Below are positions 19,410 to 29,250 of a stretch of DNA of 64,000 bases, piece by piece (position 1 is the stretch's first letter; each line of letters opens with the position of its first letter). A program made the translations under genes and the position numbers. The notes beneath the pieces are model-generated. The model saw only the letters and a list, made by a program, of their open reading frames with translations, ran no database searches and was not told the origin of the DNA. The stretch is taken from the NCBI GenBank assembly GCA_003280915.1, contig QCDL01000004.1:37190-101189 (forward strand), given 5' to 3'. The stretch comes from Prochlorococcus sp. AG-355-I04. Lineage in GTDB: Bacteria; Cyanobacteriota; Cyanobacteriia; PCC-6307; Cyanobiaceae.

Positions 19410-20792
19410 TTAATTAGCTAAATTCCTAAATCTCGTAAATTGAGGTTCAAATAATAATTTAACAGTTCCTACGGGTCCATTTCTATGTTTAGTGACAATG
19501 ATTTCTGTAATTCCTCTATCTTCAGTCTCGGGATTATAGTATTCATCTCTATAAATCATTAATACTAAATCTGCGTCTTGTTCAATAGATCCTGACTCTC
19601 TTAGATCGCTTAACATAGGTCTTTTATTTGTTCTAGACTCAACCCCTCTACTAAGCTGAGATAAAGCTACTACTGGTACTTTTAATTCTCTGGCCATGCT
19701 TTTAAGACCTCTTGTTATTCGTGAAAGTTCTTGCACTCTATTATCAGGAGTTGATCCTTCCATCAACTGCAGATAATCAATCACAATTAATCCAAGTTCT
19801 TTTTTTTGTTCAGCTATTAATCTTCTGCACAGAGATCTCATCTCTAGAACACTTAAGTTAGGCTTGTCATCTATAAATATTGGTAATTGACCTAATGAAT
19901 TGATACCTTCTCCGAGTAATGGCCATTCATCTTGCTGCAATCTTCCTGTTCTTAGCCTGCCACTTTCGATTCCCACTTCCATAGAGAGCAATCTATATGT
20001 CAACTGTTCTTTACTCATTTCAAGGCTAAATACACACACAGGTAAATCTTGAGATTGTGCAACATTTTTAGCCAGATTAAGAACTATTGAAGTTTTCCCC
20101 ATTGAAGGTCTTCCAGCAACAATTATTAAATCACTTCTTTGAAAACCTTGAGTCATCGCATCAAGATCGTAGAAATTAACAGGAATTCCAGCTACTGAAG
20201 TACCTAATGATCTTGACTCTATTTCATTGAAAGTACTTGTAAGAATTTCAGCTGCTTGAGTCAGACCTTTTGAAGGTTTTTCTTGACTGATTTCAAATAT
20301 TTTTTGCTCTGCTTTATCTAGAACTTCATTAGTATCTTGAGTTTGATCAAAACCTAGTTGAACCACTTCATTTCCAGATCTAATAAGTTGCCTTCTCATG
20401 AATTTGTCGTTAATTAAATTAGCAACTTGTTCTATGGAAGCTGTAGAGGAAACATTTTCAACGAGTTCTACCAGTTTGCTGTTTCCTCCAATTTTTTCTA
20501 GTGATCCATTATCTGCTAACCAAGCACTCATTGATGTTAAATCAGTTGGTTTTCCCTGCGTATGCAACATTAATGCTGTTCTATAAATCTCTTGATGGGC
20601 ATTTATATAAAAAGCTTCAGGTTTAATTAAGTCTGCAATTCTTCCGATCGCGTCTGGATCAAGCAGTATGCCACCAAGAACAGCTTCCTCTGCTTGAACG
20701 TTTTGAGGAGGAACTAATCCAGCATTTTCACTATTAAAATCCTTTTTAAAATTTTTATTTTGCCCATTATTTGGAAAAGGTACGGAAACCAT
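19410..20792 (-). CDS. dnaB: Replicative DNA helicase
   Basis: GRPSMGKT Walker A, VIDYLQLM, SQLSR, SDLRESGSIEQDAD, KHRNGP; no intein. Confidence 0.98.
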   Translation of the reverse strand: MVSVPFPNNGQNKNFKKDFNSENAGLVPPQNVQAEEAVLGGILLDPDAIGRIADLIKPEAFYINAHQEIYRTALMLHTQGKPTDLTSMSAWLADNGSLEKIGGNSKLVELVENVSSTASIEQVANLINDKFMRRQLIRSGNEVVQLGFDQTQDTNEVLDKAEQKIFEISQEKPSKGLTQAAEILTSTFNEIESRSLGTSVAGIPVNFYDLDAMTQGFQRSDLIIVAGRPSMGKTSIVLNLAKNVAQSQDLPVCVFSLEMSKEQLTYRLLSMEVGIESGRLRTGRLQQDEWPLLGEGINSLGQLPIFIDDKPNLSVLEMRSLCRRLIAEQKKELGLIVIDYLQLMEGSTPDNRVQELSRITRGLKSMARELKVPVVALSQLSRGVESRTNKRPMLSDLRESGSIEQDADLVLMIYRDEYYNPETEDRGITEIIVTKHRNGPVGTVKLLFEPQFTRFRNLAN

Positions 20793-20850
20793 ATCTTTAA
20801 TTGCTTAGATATATACTCTGGCTACTTTTCAAAATAATGCAACAAATTGA

Positions 20851-21306
20851 TTAACTTGTTACTTCAATATTTACTTCTGCATTTACTTCTGAATGTAATT
20901 TTATTGTTGCAGTAAAGGAACCTAAATTATGAATATCAGGCACAGTAATGTTTCTTCTATCAATTTCTTTTTTAGTAGCCGCTTCTATCGCTTCCGCAAC
21001 ATCACCATTGGTAACCGTTCCAAAAAGGACTCCATCCTCTCCAACCTGTTTTTTGATAGTGAACCTACCTATTGTAGATAATGCAGTTTGGAAATCTAAA
21101 GCTTCTTGCTTTAATTTATCAGCAGCGATTTTTTCTTTTTCTTTCTTCCTCTCAATTTGTTTAAGGACTGCTGGTGTTACATTCGTTGCCTTGCCATAAG
21201 GTAATAGAAAATTTCTTGCGTATCCTGGTGCTACATCAACTAGATCTCCTTCTTTACCTAGTGATGCGATTGATTCAGTTAATGCGACTTGTACTCTTTT
21301 AGCCAT
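20851..21306 (-). CDS. rplI: 50S ribosomal protein L9
   Basis: [21 protein letters not shown] and LFGTVT; likely start at MAKRVQV (ATG 21306). Confidence 0.97.
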   Translation of the reverse strand: MAKRVQVALTESIASLGKEGDLVDVAPGYARNFLLPYGKATNVTPAVLKQIERKKEKEKIAADKLKQEALDFQTALSTIGRFTIKKQVGEDGVLFGTVTNGDVAEAIEAATKKEIDRRNITVPDIHNLGSFTATIKLHSEVNAEVNIEVTS

Positions 21307-21326
21307 GAAAATATTAAACAATATAG

Positions 21327-22265
21327 TTAATAATAAGACCTAGAGGGTAACTTTACTTTTTTTGCAAAACCAAATTTCGCAAGAATCTTAATATGTTCCC
21401 ATGTTATGTCTATCTGACCTTTAAATAATCCTTGTTTTGCTGAATTGGGAAACGCATGATGGTTATTATGCCAACCTTCTCCAAAAGTTAATGCAGCAAC
21501 CCATGCATTGTTTTTAGATGAATCACCACTTTCAAATGGTGCTTTACCCCAACAATGAGTCGCGGAGTTGACTAGCCAAGTTACATGATAAACAACCACA
21601 AGCCTCAATGGAATTCCCCAAAGGACTAGAGCCCATCCTCCAACTCCTAATTTTTGACCTATTGCGTATAAAGAAAGTCCAATAGGAATTTGTAAGAATA
21701 AAAAATATTTATTTAGAAATCTATAGTAAGGGTCCTTGATTAAATCTGCACTTAGTTTAGGAACAGCTTTTAGTGCTTCTACGTCTTTAAACATCCAACC
21801 CATATGACTCCACCAAAACCCCCTTTTACTATTGTGATGATCTACTTCAGTATCTGAAAAAGAGTGGTGATGCCTATGTAAACCTACCCAATCTATTGGT
21901 CCATGCTGGCAACTTATGGCTCCACAGGTAGCAAAAAATCTTTCTAACCATCTTGGTACAATGAATGATCTGTGTGATAATAATCTGTGATATCCAAGGG
22001 TTACTCCTAAACAAGCAGTTACCCAGTAAAAAAATAATAATGAAGTGACTGCAGGGAGACTCCAAAATTTTGGTTGTAAAGCTAGAAGGGAAAGAATATG
22101 TATTCCAACCATAAAAACTATTGTTCCCCACGTTTTATGTAGTCTTGGAGGATATCTTTTTGAATGACTGGAAGGTTCCAGTAATTTTTCTGAGAGTTCT
22201 ATAACTTTTTCAGCTGGAACGGGTTTTTTTAATTTTGCTGTTTCTTGGAAAATTACTGAATTCAT
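21327..22265 (-). CDS. desC: Acyl-lipid (delta-9-type) fatty acid desaturase
   Basis: Three His boxes: [21 protein letters not shown]. Confidence 0.9.
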   Translation of the reverse strand: MNSVIFQETAKLKKPVPAEKVIELSEKLLEPSSHSKRYPPRLHKTWGTIVFMVGIHILSLLALQPKFWSLPAVTSLLFFYWVTACLGVTLGYHRLLSHRSFIVPRWLERFFATCGAISCQHGPIDWVGLHRHHHSFSDTEVDHHNSKRGFWWSHMGWMFKDVEALKAVPKLSADLIKDPYYRFLNKYFLFLQIPIGLSLYAIGQKLGVGGWALVLWGIPLRLVVVYHVTWLVNSATHCWGKAPFESGDSSKNNAWVAALTFGEGWHNNHHAFPNSAKQGLFKGQIDITWEHIKILAKFGFAKKVKLPSRSYY

Positions 22266-22269
22266 GATA

Positions 22270-22339
22270 TTGAAATACTATTTTCAAAATTACCGATATG
22301 TAATATTATCATACTATACTATTGATAAGTTTAATTATC
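22270..22339. promoter_or_regulatory. Divergent promoter region with candidate operator palindromes
   Basis: TTGAAA-N6-TTTCAA (22270-22287), GATA-N8-TATC (22295-22310) and GATA-N8-TATC (22324-22339), between desC and the HTH-like gene. Confidence 0.4.
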
Positions 22340-22340
22340 T

Positions 22341-23039
22341 GTGAGTCTCGGATATCGCGATAAATTATCTAGAGGTCGAAGGGCTATGGCTCATTTGATA
22401 CATCTTTGGCATGAAAGAAATGGTTGGTCTCACAGAGTATTGCCATTACTTTCAGAAGTGCTTGATTTAGGTAAAGTTCATAATTCGCAAATTTCTAATC
22501 TTAGGAATGGGAAGTTATCTTCGCCAGGTCCTGAAGTTTTTCTTGCTTTAGCTCAAGTTAATACGATTCTTGATCAAGGCATTGAAAAAATCAGGGATCG
22601 TTTTGAAAGTGATTACCCAGAGTTATGGAAATCTTTGGAAGAGTCTGCATTACCCCTAAAAAATGATTCTGATAATCCATTGTCGGCCGGGGAGTTATTT
22701 GAGATATTTTCAGGATTAAAACCTCTACCTTCATCTTTTGATTGGTATATAGAGGATGAAGAGGCTTCTGCTTTAAGTGATGCTCTTTCAGTGCATTTTT
22801 GTCAGAATAAGGCTTGGAGATCATGTAAAATGCAGGTAATGGAGGCCTATGATGTCAATAAATCTGCCCGTAGAGAACGTTTTGCTGAGGTAATTGCAGG
22901 AATTAGAGATTATACAGCGGAAGAATTAGATGGAGAACTTCTTGATTTATATGAGGCTTCAAAAAAACTTTCTTATTTTCAGGGCAGGGGACCTAATGCT
23001 TTCCTCGCAGAATTAAGAAATTTAGCTTCTGAAAAATAA
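22341..23039 (+). CDS. Hypothetical protein with a putative N-terminal XRE/Cro-type helix-turn-helix
   Basis: GWSHRVL...VHNSQISNLRNGKLSSPG resembles the XRE recognition helix and following turn; GTG start. Confidence 0.65.
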   Translation: MSLGYRDKLSRGRRAMAHLIHLWHERNGWSHRVLPLLSEVLDLGKVHNSQISNLRNGKLSSPGPEVFLALAQVNTILDQGIEKIRDRFESDYPELWKSLEESALPLKNDSDNPLSAGELFEIFSGLKPLPSSFDWYIEDEEASALSDALSVHFCQNKAWRSCKMQVMEAYDVNKSARRERFAEVIAGIRDYTAEELDGELLDLYEASKKLSYFQGRGPNAFLAELRNLASEK

Positions 23040-23057
23040 CATGAATTTTTATAATAA

Positions 23058-24350
23058 ATGACTTTTGACAAAAACTTAAAACTGGCTGAAAACGCTGTTC
23101 TTTCTGTCGAAGAGAGTTTAAGTAAAGTTTTCCAAGAAAGGTCCAATCAGGTTTTCCAGAAATTAGAAAATATTTTGACAATTTTTAAGGAAGAAAAAGT
23201 TTCTACTAGTCATTTCAATCAATCTTCTGGTAGTGGTCATGATGATATATCTAGAGAAAAAATTGATGCGGTCTTTGCGAGATTGTTTCTTGCTGAAAAG
23301 GCTGCTGTGAGGATGCAATTTGTAAGTGGAACCCATGCAATAAGTTCTGTCTTATTTGGAATTCTTCGACCTGGAGATGTAATGTTATCTCTTACAGGAC
23401 AACCATATGACACGTTAGAAGAAGTCATAGGAATAAGGGGAGGAGGAAAAGGATCACTTAAAGATTTTGACATTGAATATAAGCAAGTAAATATCTGCGA
23501 GAATTTTGATTCTTTTGAAGAAAAAATTGTTCATTTTTTTAAAGAAAATTCATGCAAATTAGTATTCATACAAAAAAGTTGTGGATATAGTTGGAGAAAG
23601 TCTCTTACGAATCATCAGATAGAGAAAATTTGTAGTCTTATTCATTCTATTGATCCTAACTGTATATGTTTTGTTGATAACTGTTATGGGGAGCTTGTTG
23701 AAGATAGTGAACCAATTTCAAAAGGGGCAAATATAATCGCTGGATCATTGATTAAAAATTTGGGAGGAACAATAGTTCCTACTGGTGGGTACGTTGCAGG
23801 AGATGCAGAGTTGGTTGAGATGGCTTGTTCTAGATTAACCTCACCAGGTATTGGTTCTTCTGCAGGAATAAATTTTGGACTAGGAAGATTAATTTTGCAG
23901 GGTTTGTTTTTAGCACCACAAATTGTTCACGAATCACTAAAAGGTGCAGATATGGTTGCAGCAGTCTTTAAAAATTTGGGATTTAAGGTTTTACCAGAGC
24001 CAGCAACTTATAGATCTGATCTTATTCAGTCAGTGAGATTGAATAATCCTGATTTGGTACAAAAAGTTTGTCAATCTTTTCAAAATTCTTCACCAGTAGA
24101 TTCTTTTCTGAATGTTGTTCCATCATCAATGGATGGATATGATTCAAAATTATTAATGGCGGGAGGTACCTTTATTGAAGGTAGTACAAGTGAATTTTCT
24201 GCTGATGCCCCTCTAAGAGATCCTTACAATATTTTTGTTCAAGGTGGTTCTCACATAGCTCACATCAAAATTGCATTAATTCGTTTATTATCTGAACTAT
24301 TAGAAGAAAAATTAATTTCAAAGGATTCTCTACTTCCTTTATCCATTTAA
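23058..24350 (+). CDS. PLP-dependent methionine gamma-lyase-like / aluminium-resistance (YnbB) family protein
   Basis: QFVSGTHAI, LRPGD, PYDTLEEVIG, FVDNCYGE, AGSLIKNLGG (PLP Lys), MAGGTFIEGST. Confidence 0.88.
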   Translation: MTFDKNLKLAENAVLSVEESLSKVFQERSNQVFQKLENILTIFKEEKVSTSHFNQSSGSGHDDISREKIDAVFARLFLAEKAAVRMQFVSGTHAISSVLFGILRPGDVMLSLTGQPYDTLEEVIGIRGGGKGSLKDFDIEYKQVNICENFDSFEEKIVHFFKENSCKLVFIQKSCGYSWRKSLTNHQIEKICSLIHSIDPNCICFVDNCYGELVEDSEPISKGANIIAGSLIKNLGGTIVPTGGYVAGDAELVEMACSRLTSPGIGSSAGINFGLGRLILQGLFLAPQIVHESLKGADMVAAVFKNLGFKVLPEPATYRSDLIQSVRLNNPDLVQKVCQSFQNSSPVDSFLNVVPSSMDGYDSKLLMAGGTFIEGSTSEFSADAPLRDPYNIFVQGGSHIAHIKIALIRLLSELLEEKLISKDSLLPLSI

Positions 24351-24352
24351 TC

Positions 24353-24742
24353 ATGTCTTACAAATTTCCAGACAACCTCAACTATGCTGATACTCATGAA
24401 TATGTCTTGGAAGAAAATGGATTATTAAAAATTGGAGTTAGTGAATTCGCTATAGATCAATTAGGAGATATTGTTTTTGTTGAATTAACTGATGAAGGTG
24501 AGACTTTAGAGAAAGGCGAGACTTTTGGAACAATAGAATCAGTTAAGGCAGTTGAGGAAGTCTATCTGCCTTTTTCAGGAGAAATAGTATCTGTAAATGA
24601 AAGTGTTATTGAGAACCCTGAGCTTTTACAGAATGATCCGATTGGAGACGGTTGGTTAGTCATTTTGAAACCAGAATCAAAAGCATCAATTGCTGATTTG
24701 ATGACTTCAGATGCATATAAATCAAAGGTTATGCCAAATTAA
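24353..24742 (+). CDS. gcvH: Glycine cleavage system H protein
   Basis: GVSEFAIDQLGDIVFVEL, IESVKAV (lipoyl Lys), NDPIGDGW. Confidence 0.97.
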   Translation: MSYKFPDNLNYADTHEYVLEENGLLKIGVSEFAIDQLGDIVFVELTDEGETLEKGETFGTIESVKAVEEVYLPFSGEIVSVNESVIENPELLQNDPIGDGWLVILKPESKASIADLMTSDAYKSKVMPN

Positions 24743-24785
24743 AGCAAAATCTTTATACATAGGTTAAGTTATAGAAAAATTGGAC

Positions 24786-27696
24786 ATGAAATCCACGGTT
24801 AATTCAGATTTATTTATTAATAGACACCTTGGTTTGAGTGATGCTGATGAGCAGAAAATGCTCTCTAAGCTTGGTTTTAATAATATTGATCAATTTATAA
24901 ATCAAGTTATTCCTGAAGATATTCAGCTTAAAGATAAATCTTCAGAAATATTACTCCAAGGTTGTTCAGAAATTGAGGCTTTAAACGAATTAGAAGAGAT
25001 TGCGAATGAAAATACTAAAATGAGATCACTTATAGGCCTTGGTTATTATGACAATCATATGCCTAAAGTCATCCAAAGACATGTTCTTGAAAATCCAAGG
25101 TGGTACACATCTTATACTCCATATCAAGCAGAAATTGCACAAGGAAGATTAGAAGCTCTATTTAATTTTCAGACTATTGTTTGTGAACTAACAGGATTCC
25201 CTGTCGCCAATGCATCTTTGTTGGATGAGGGTACTGCTGCAGCAGAAGCCATGGCCATGAGTTTTTCCGCAAGAAAAAATAAATCTTCAAAAGTTTACTT
25301 AGTGGAGTCAAATGTTTTTGATCATACGTTTAATGTTCTACAAACCAGAGCAAAACCTTTGGGAATATCCTTAAAACGCTTTACTCAAAGCAACCTTCCT
25401 AATCATGATGATGTTTTTGGAATGTTGTTGCAATTACCCGGTAAAAATGGACAATTATATGATCCCACATTCTTGATATCCCAAGCACATAGATCAGAAA
25501 TCATAGTTACAGCATGTATTGATCCACTAGCACAAGTTTTGATTAAACCAATTTCTGAATTTGGTGTTGATGTAGCAGTGGGCAGTATGCAAAGATTTGG
25601 GGTGCCAATGGGTTTTGGTGGCCCCCATGCAGCATATTTTGCTTGTAGCGAAAAATATAAAAGGCTGATACCCGGAAGAATTGTTGGGCAAACTCTCTCT
25701 AAAAATGGAGAAAAGTCTTTAAGACTAGCATTGCAAACAAGGGAGCAACATATTAGAAGGGAAAAGGCCACCAGTAATATTTGTACTGCTCAATCTTTAT
25801 TAGCCATAATTTCTTCTTTTTATGCTATTTATCATGGACCCTCTGGATTAACGCAAATTGCTAAGAGGTTAGTTGAGTTGAGAATAAATTTAGAATCAAG
25901 TTTAGCTGCTTTAGGTTTTGATATTCCTGATGGGATTAGATTTGATAGTGTTGATGTTTATTCTGAGCACTCACAGAGGATTCATAATGAAGCTTTAAAA
26001 AAACGGCTATAACTTAAGAATTTTGCCGTTGGGATCAACTATTGAAAATTCAACTGGCTTTGGGATCTCTTTAGATGAGCTTAGTAATGAAAAAGAAATA
26101 AAAGATATTTTGACTTTCATATCGAACCTTATAGAAAAAGAAGAGGATTTAGAGTATATAAAATTTGATAAAGAATTTCATCTTGAAAGTTTAGATTTGA
26201 GATCCAGTGCATGGATGCAGCAAGATATATTCACAAATTACCAAAGTGAAACTGAATTAATGAGATATATATTCCGACTTGCAGAAAAAGATTTTTCTTT
26301 GGTAGATGGGATGATGCCATTGGGAAGCTGCACCATGAAGTTAAATTCTGCAGCAGAGTTAAATCCAGTCTCTTGGGCTAATTTATCTTCCATGCATCCT
26401 TTTTCTCCACCAGATCAAACTAAAGGCTATTCAAAAATTATATCTGACCTAGAAAAATGGATAAGTGAGATTGTTGGTTTAAAATCAGTTTCTTTTCAAC
26501 CAAATGCAGGCTCTCAAGGAGAGTTTGCAGGTTTATTGGCAATTAATTCTTATTTCGAATCAAAAGGTGAACTGTTAAGAAAAAAATGTTTAATTCCAAA
26601 AAGTGCTCATGGAACAAATCCTGCTAGTGCAGTTATGGCAGGTTTTGACGTGTTAACTGTTGAATGTGATGACGAAGGAAATATTGATTATCAAGATTTG
26701 TCAATCAAGGTCAAGCAATTTGATAACCAAATAGGGGCTCTTATGTTGACTTATCCCTCTACTCATGGAGTTTTTGAATTACAAATCAGAAATATATGTG
26801 ATTTAATTCATTCTGTAGGAGGATTTGTCTATTTAGATGGAGCAAATTTGAACGCTCAGGTTGGATTATGCAAACCAGGAAACTATGGCGTTGATGTTTG
26901 TCATTTGAATTTACATAAAACATTCTGCATTCCACATGGAGGTGGTGGTCCAGGAGTAGGCCCAGTTGCTGCATCAGAAACTTTGAGCCCATACCTTCCT
27001 ACTCATTCTTTAATGGATAATATTTTATCTAATAGTTTTAATTTCGTATCTTCTGCCAACCATGGGAGTGCAAGTATTCTTCCAATAAGTTGGATGTATA
27101 TAAAAATGGCAGGACTTAGTGGGTTAAGGAAAGCAACTTCGCACGCAATTTTATCTGCCAATTATATTGCGCATTCCTTAAAACATAAATTCAAGATTCT
27201 TTATAAAGGAAAAAATGATTTTGTCGCACATGAATGTATTTTAGATTTTAGAGATTTAAAATCTAAAACTGGATTGAGTGTCAATGATTTAGCTAAACGA
27301 TTAATTGATTATAGTTTTCATGCCCCAACTATTAGTTGGCCTGTTCCAGAAACCATAATGATAGAGCCTACTGAAAGTGAAAGTTTGGCAGAATTAGATA
27401 GATTTTGTGAGGCTATGTTATTGATTGGAGAAGAAATCAGTGAAATAGAAAATAATTATGAATTAAAAAATAATAATGTAATAAGCAACGCTCCCCATAC
27501 GCTGAAAGAGTTAATTGCTGATAATTGGCAATATCCTTATTCAAAAGAAAAGGCTTCTTTCCCTTATAAAACTCTAACTAATATTAAGTTTTGGTCTTCA
27601 GTTTCTAGGATCAATAATGCATATGGTGATCGCAATTTAATTTGTTCTTGCAATGTAAATCAAGATGAGACTTTAGAAGAAAAAAAATGTGCTTAA
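24786..27696 (+). pseudogene. gcvP: Glycine dehydrogenase (decarboxylating) P protein, frameshifted into two ORFs (24780-26012 and 26023-27696)
   Basis: The N-half has YTPYQAEIAQGRLEAL and TSNICTAQ; the C-half has PLGSCTMKLN and HLNLHKTF. Removing one A from A7 at 25997-26003 restores ...ALKNGYNLRILPLGS... and a single 969-aa ORF. May be a sequencing error. Confidence 0.9.
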
Positions 27697-27825
27697 AGGA
27701 CTAGCGTCCCTGTAATTACTTAGTTATTATCAATGTGAATAAAAATTTAATATTTTCTTATAGAATTTTTTTAAATTTTTTTATTAAAATATTCGAGCAT
27801 CAAATTTTTTGGGGTATTTGAAGCT

Positions 27826-28074
27826 ATGACCAAAGATTTTAAATCTGGTAATGTTAAGCAACTGCCAGTTAAAAACGTCAACTTACCAAATTTTGTAAAT
27901 AATTTTTCTGGAGATAACTCAAATATTTGTTCCATTGAGGGGACTAATGTTATAAGAGTACCTTTTGGCAAAAAATTCTCAAAGAAAAAAAGGCCTGAAA
28001 AGAATCAAAATATAGCTACTCTAATACTTCCTTTAAGTTCATATAGTAATCCTACGCCCCCACACGTTGCATAA
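27826..28074 (+). CDS. Small hypothetical protein (82 aa)
   Basis: ATG-initiated ORF filling the gap between gcvP and sqdX; no recognised motif. Confidence 0.65.
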   Translation: MTKDFKSGNVKQLPVKNVNLPNFVNNFSGDNSNICSIEGTNVIRVPFGKKFSKKKRPEKNQNIATLILPLSSYSNPTPPHVA

Positions 28075-28089
28075 TAATTTAGATCAAAT

Positions 28090-29223
28090 TTAATCTATTT
28101 CTTTGAGCGTATCTGAATAATAATTTTGCAGTTGTAACGTTGCTTGATTCCAATCCCATTTTTCTGCTTCGTTTCGTGCCTCTTTTCTCATAATTTCTCT
28201 TTTATCTTCATTCTCAAGAATTTTTTTTGTTGCTTCAATCAAACTTTGTACCCCATTATCTTTTTCATCTGGATCATATAAACAACCATTAACCCCATCG
28301 CTAATTATATCTGGAATTCCCCCCTTGTTGGCTCCGATAACTGGACATCCTGCGGCCATTGCTTCGAGTAAAACTAAACCGAGTGTCTCTGTACTAGAGG
28401 GAAATAAAAATATATCTCCAGAGGCATAGGCGCTAGCAAGTTCATCACCAGATAAATATCCTATGAAATTAGTCTTGGTATTTTCGAAGATTTTTTCAAG
28501 CTGGTTTCTATACGGTCCGTCACCCACAAGTGCTAGACAAGCATTAGGGATACTTTCTAAGACTGGTTTAATTCTTTCAATTTGTTTTTCTGCGGATAAT
28601 CTTCCTACATAAATCAATAAATAATTAGCGTCTTTATATTTTCCAAATAATTTATCTCTCATTTTCTCATTTCTTAAATCTGGTCTGAAACTGGAAGTAT
28701 CTACTCCTCTTTGCCAAAGAGCAGTCCTTTGAATACCTTTGTCTTTTAATTCATTGACCATAGCGGTGGAAGTACACAAATTTAACAAGGCTTGATTATG
28801 AGCTGCTTTAAGTAATTCCCACAAAAGTGGCTCTAGCATACCCATACCGTAATGTTCCAGATATTTCGGAAGATGAGTATGGTAGCTAGCAATTAAAGGG
28901 ATATTATTAGTTTTCGCCAACCATATGCCACCTAAGCCAAGTACAGCTGGATTAACAACATGTATCAAATCTGGGTTAAATTTTTCTAACTTATCTGAGA
29001 CTGCAGGACCTGGTAAACCAAGCTTCAACTCTGGGTATAAGGGTAATGGCATTGCTGCAACTCCCACTACAGTTGCTCCCATATATGATTCTGGACACCC
29101 CTCTGGACAAAAAATTATAACTTCATCACCATTTTTTATTAAAAATTCAATTGTTTTAGTCAGTCTTGTGACTATGCCGTCAACTTTAGGTAAAAAAGTT
29201 TCAGTAAACAATGCAATTTTCAC
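28090..29223 (-). CDS. sqdX: Sulfoquinovosyl diacylglycerol synthase (GT4 glycosyltransferase)
   Basis: FTETFLPKVDGIV, YVGRLSAEK, ETLGLVLLEAMAAG; directly downstream of sqdB. Confidence 0.9.
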   Translation of the reverse strand: MKIALFTETFLPKVDGIVTRLTKTIEFLIKNGDEVIIFCPEGCPESYMGATVVGVAAMPLPLYPELKLGLPGPAVSDKLEKFNPDLIHVVNPAVLGLGGIWLAKTNNIPLIASYHTHLPKYLEHYGMGMLEPLLWELLKAAHNQALLNLCTSTAMVNELKDKGIQRTALWQRGVDTSSFRPDLRNEKMRDKLFGKYKDANYLLIYVGRLSAEKQIERIKPVLESIPNACLALVGDGPYRNQLEKIFENTKTNFIGYLSGDELASAYASGDIFLFPSSTETLGLVLLEAMAAGCPVIGANKGGIPDIISDGVNGCLYDPDEKDNGVQSLIEATKKILENEDKREIMRKEARNEAEKWDWNQATLQLQNYYSDTLKEID

Positions 29224-29250
29224 TTTCTTAAGGTAGCTATTTCAAAAATT

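Noticed and set aside
19410-20792. Possible intein in dnaB (present in some cyanobacteria)
   Set aside because: The protein is 460 aa with contiguous helicase motifs and no insertion.
26023-27696. Treating the two gcvP ORFs as an evolved gcvPA/gcvPB pair
   Set aside because: A single-base deletion restores a seamless protein, and the junction codons between the ORFs still read as GcvP-like sequence. It is kept only as an alternative in the findings.
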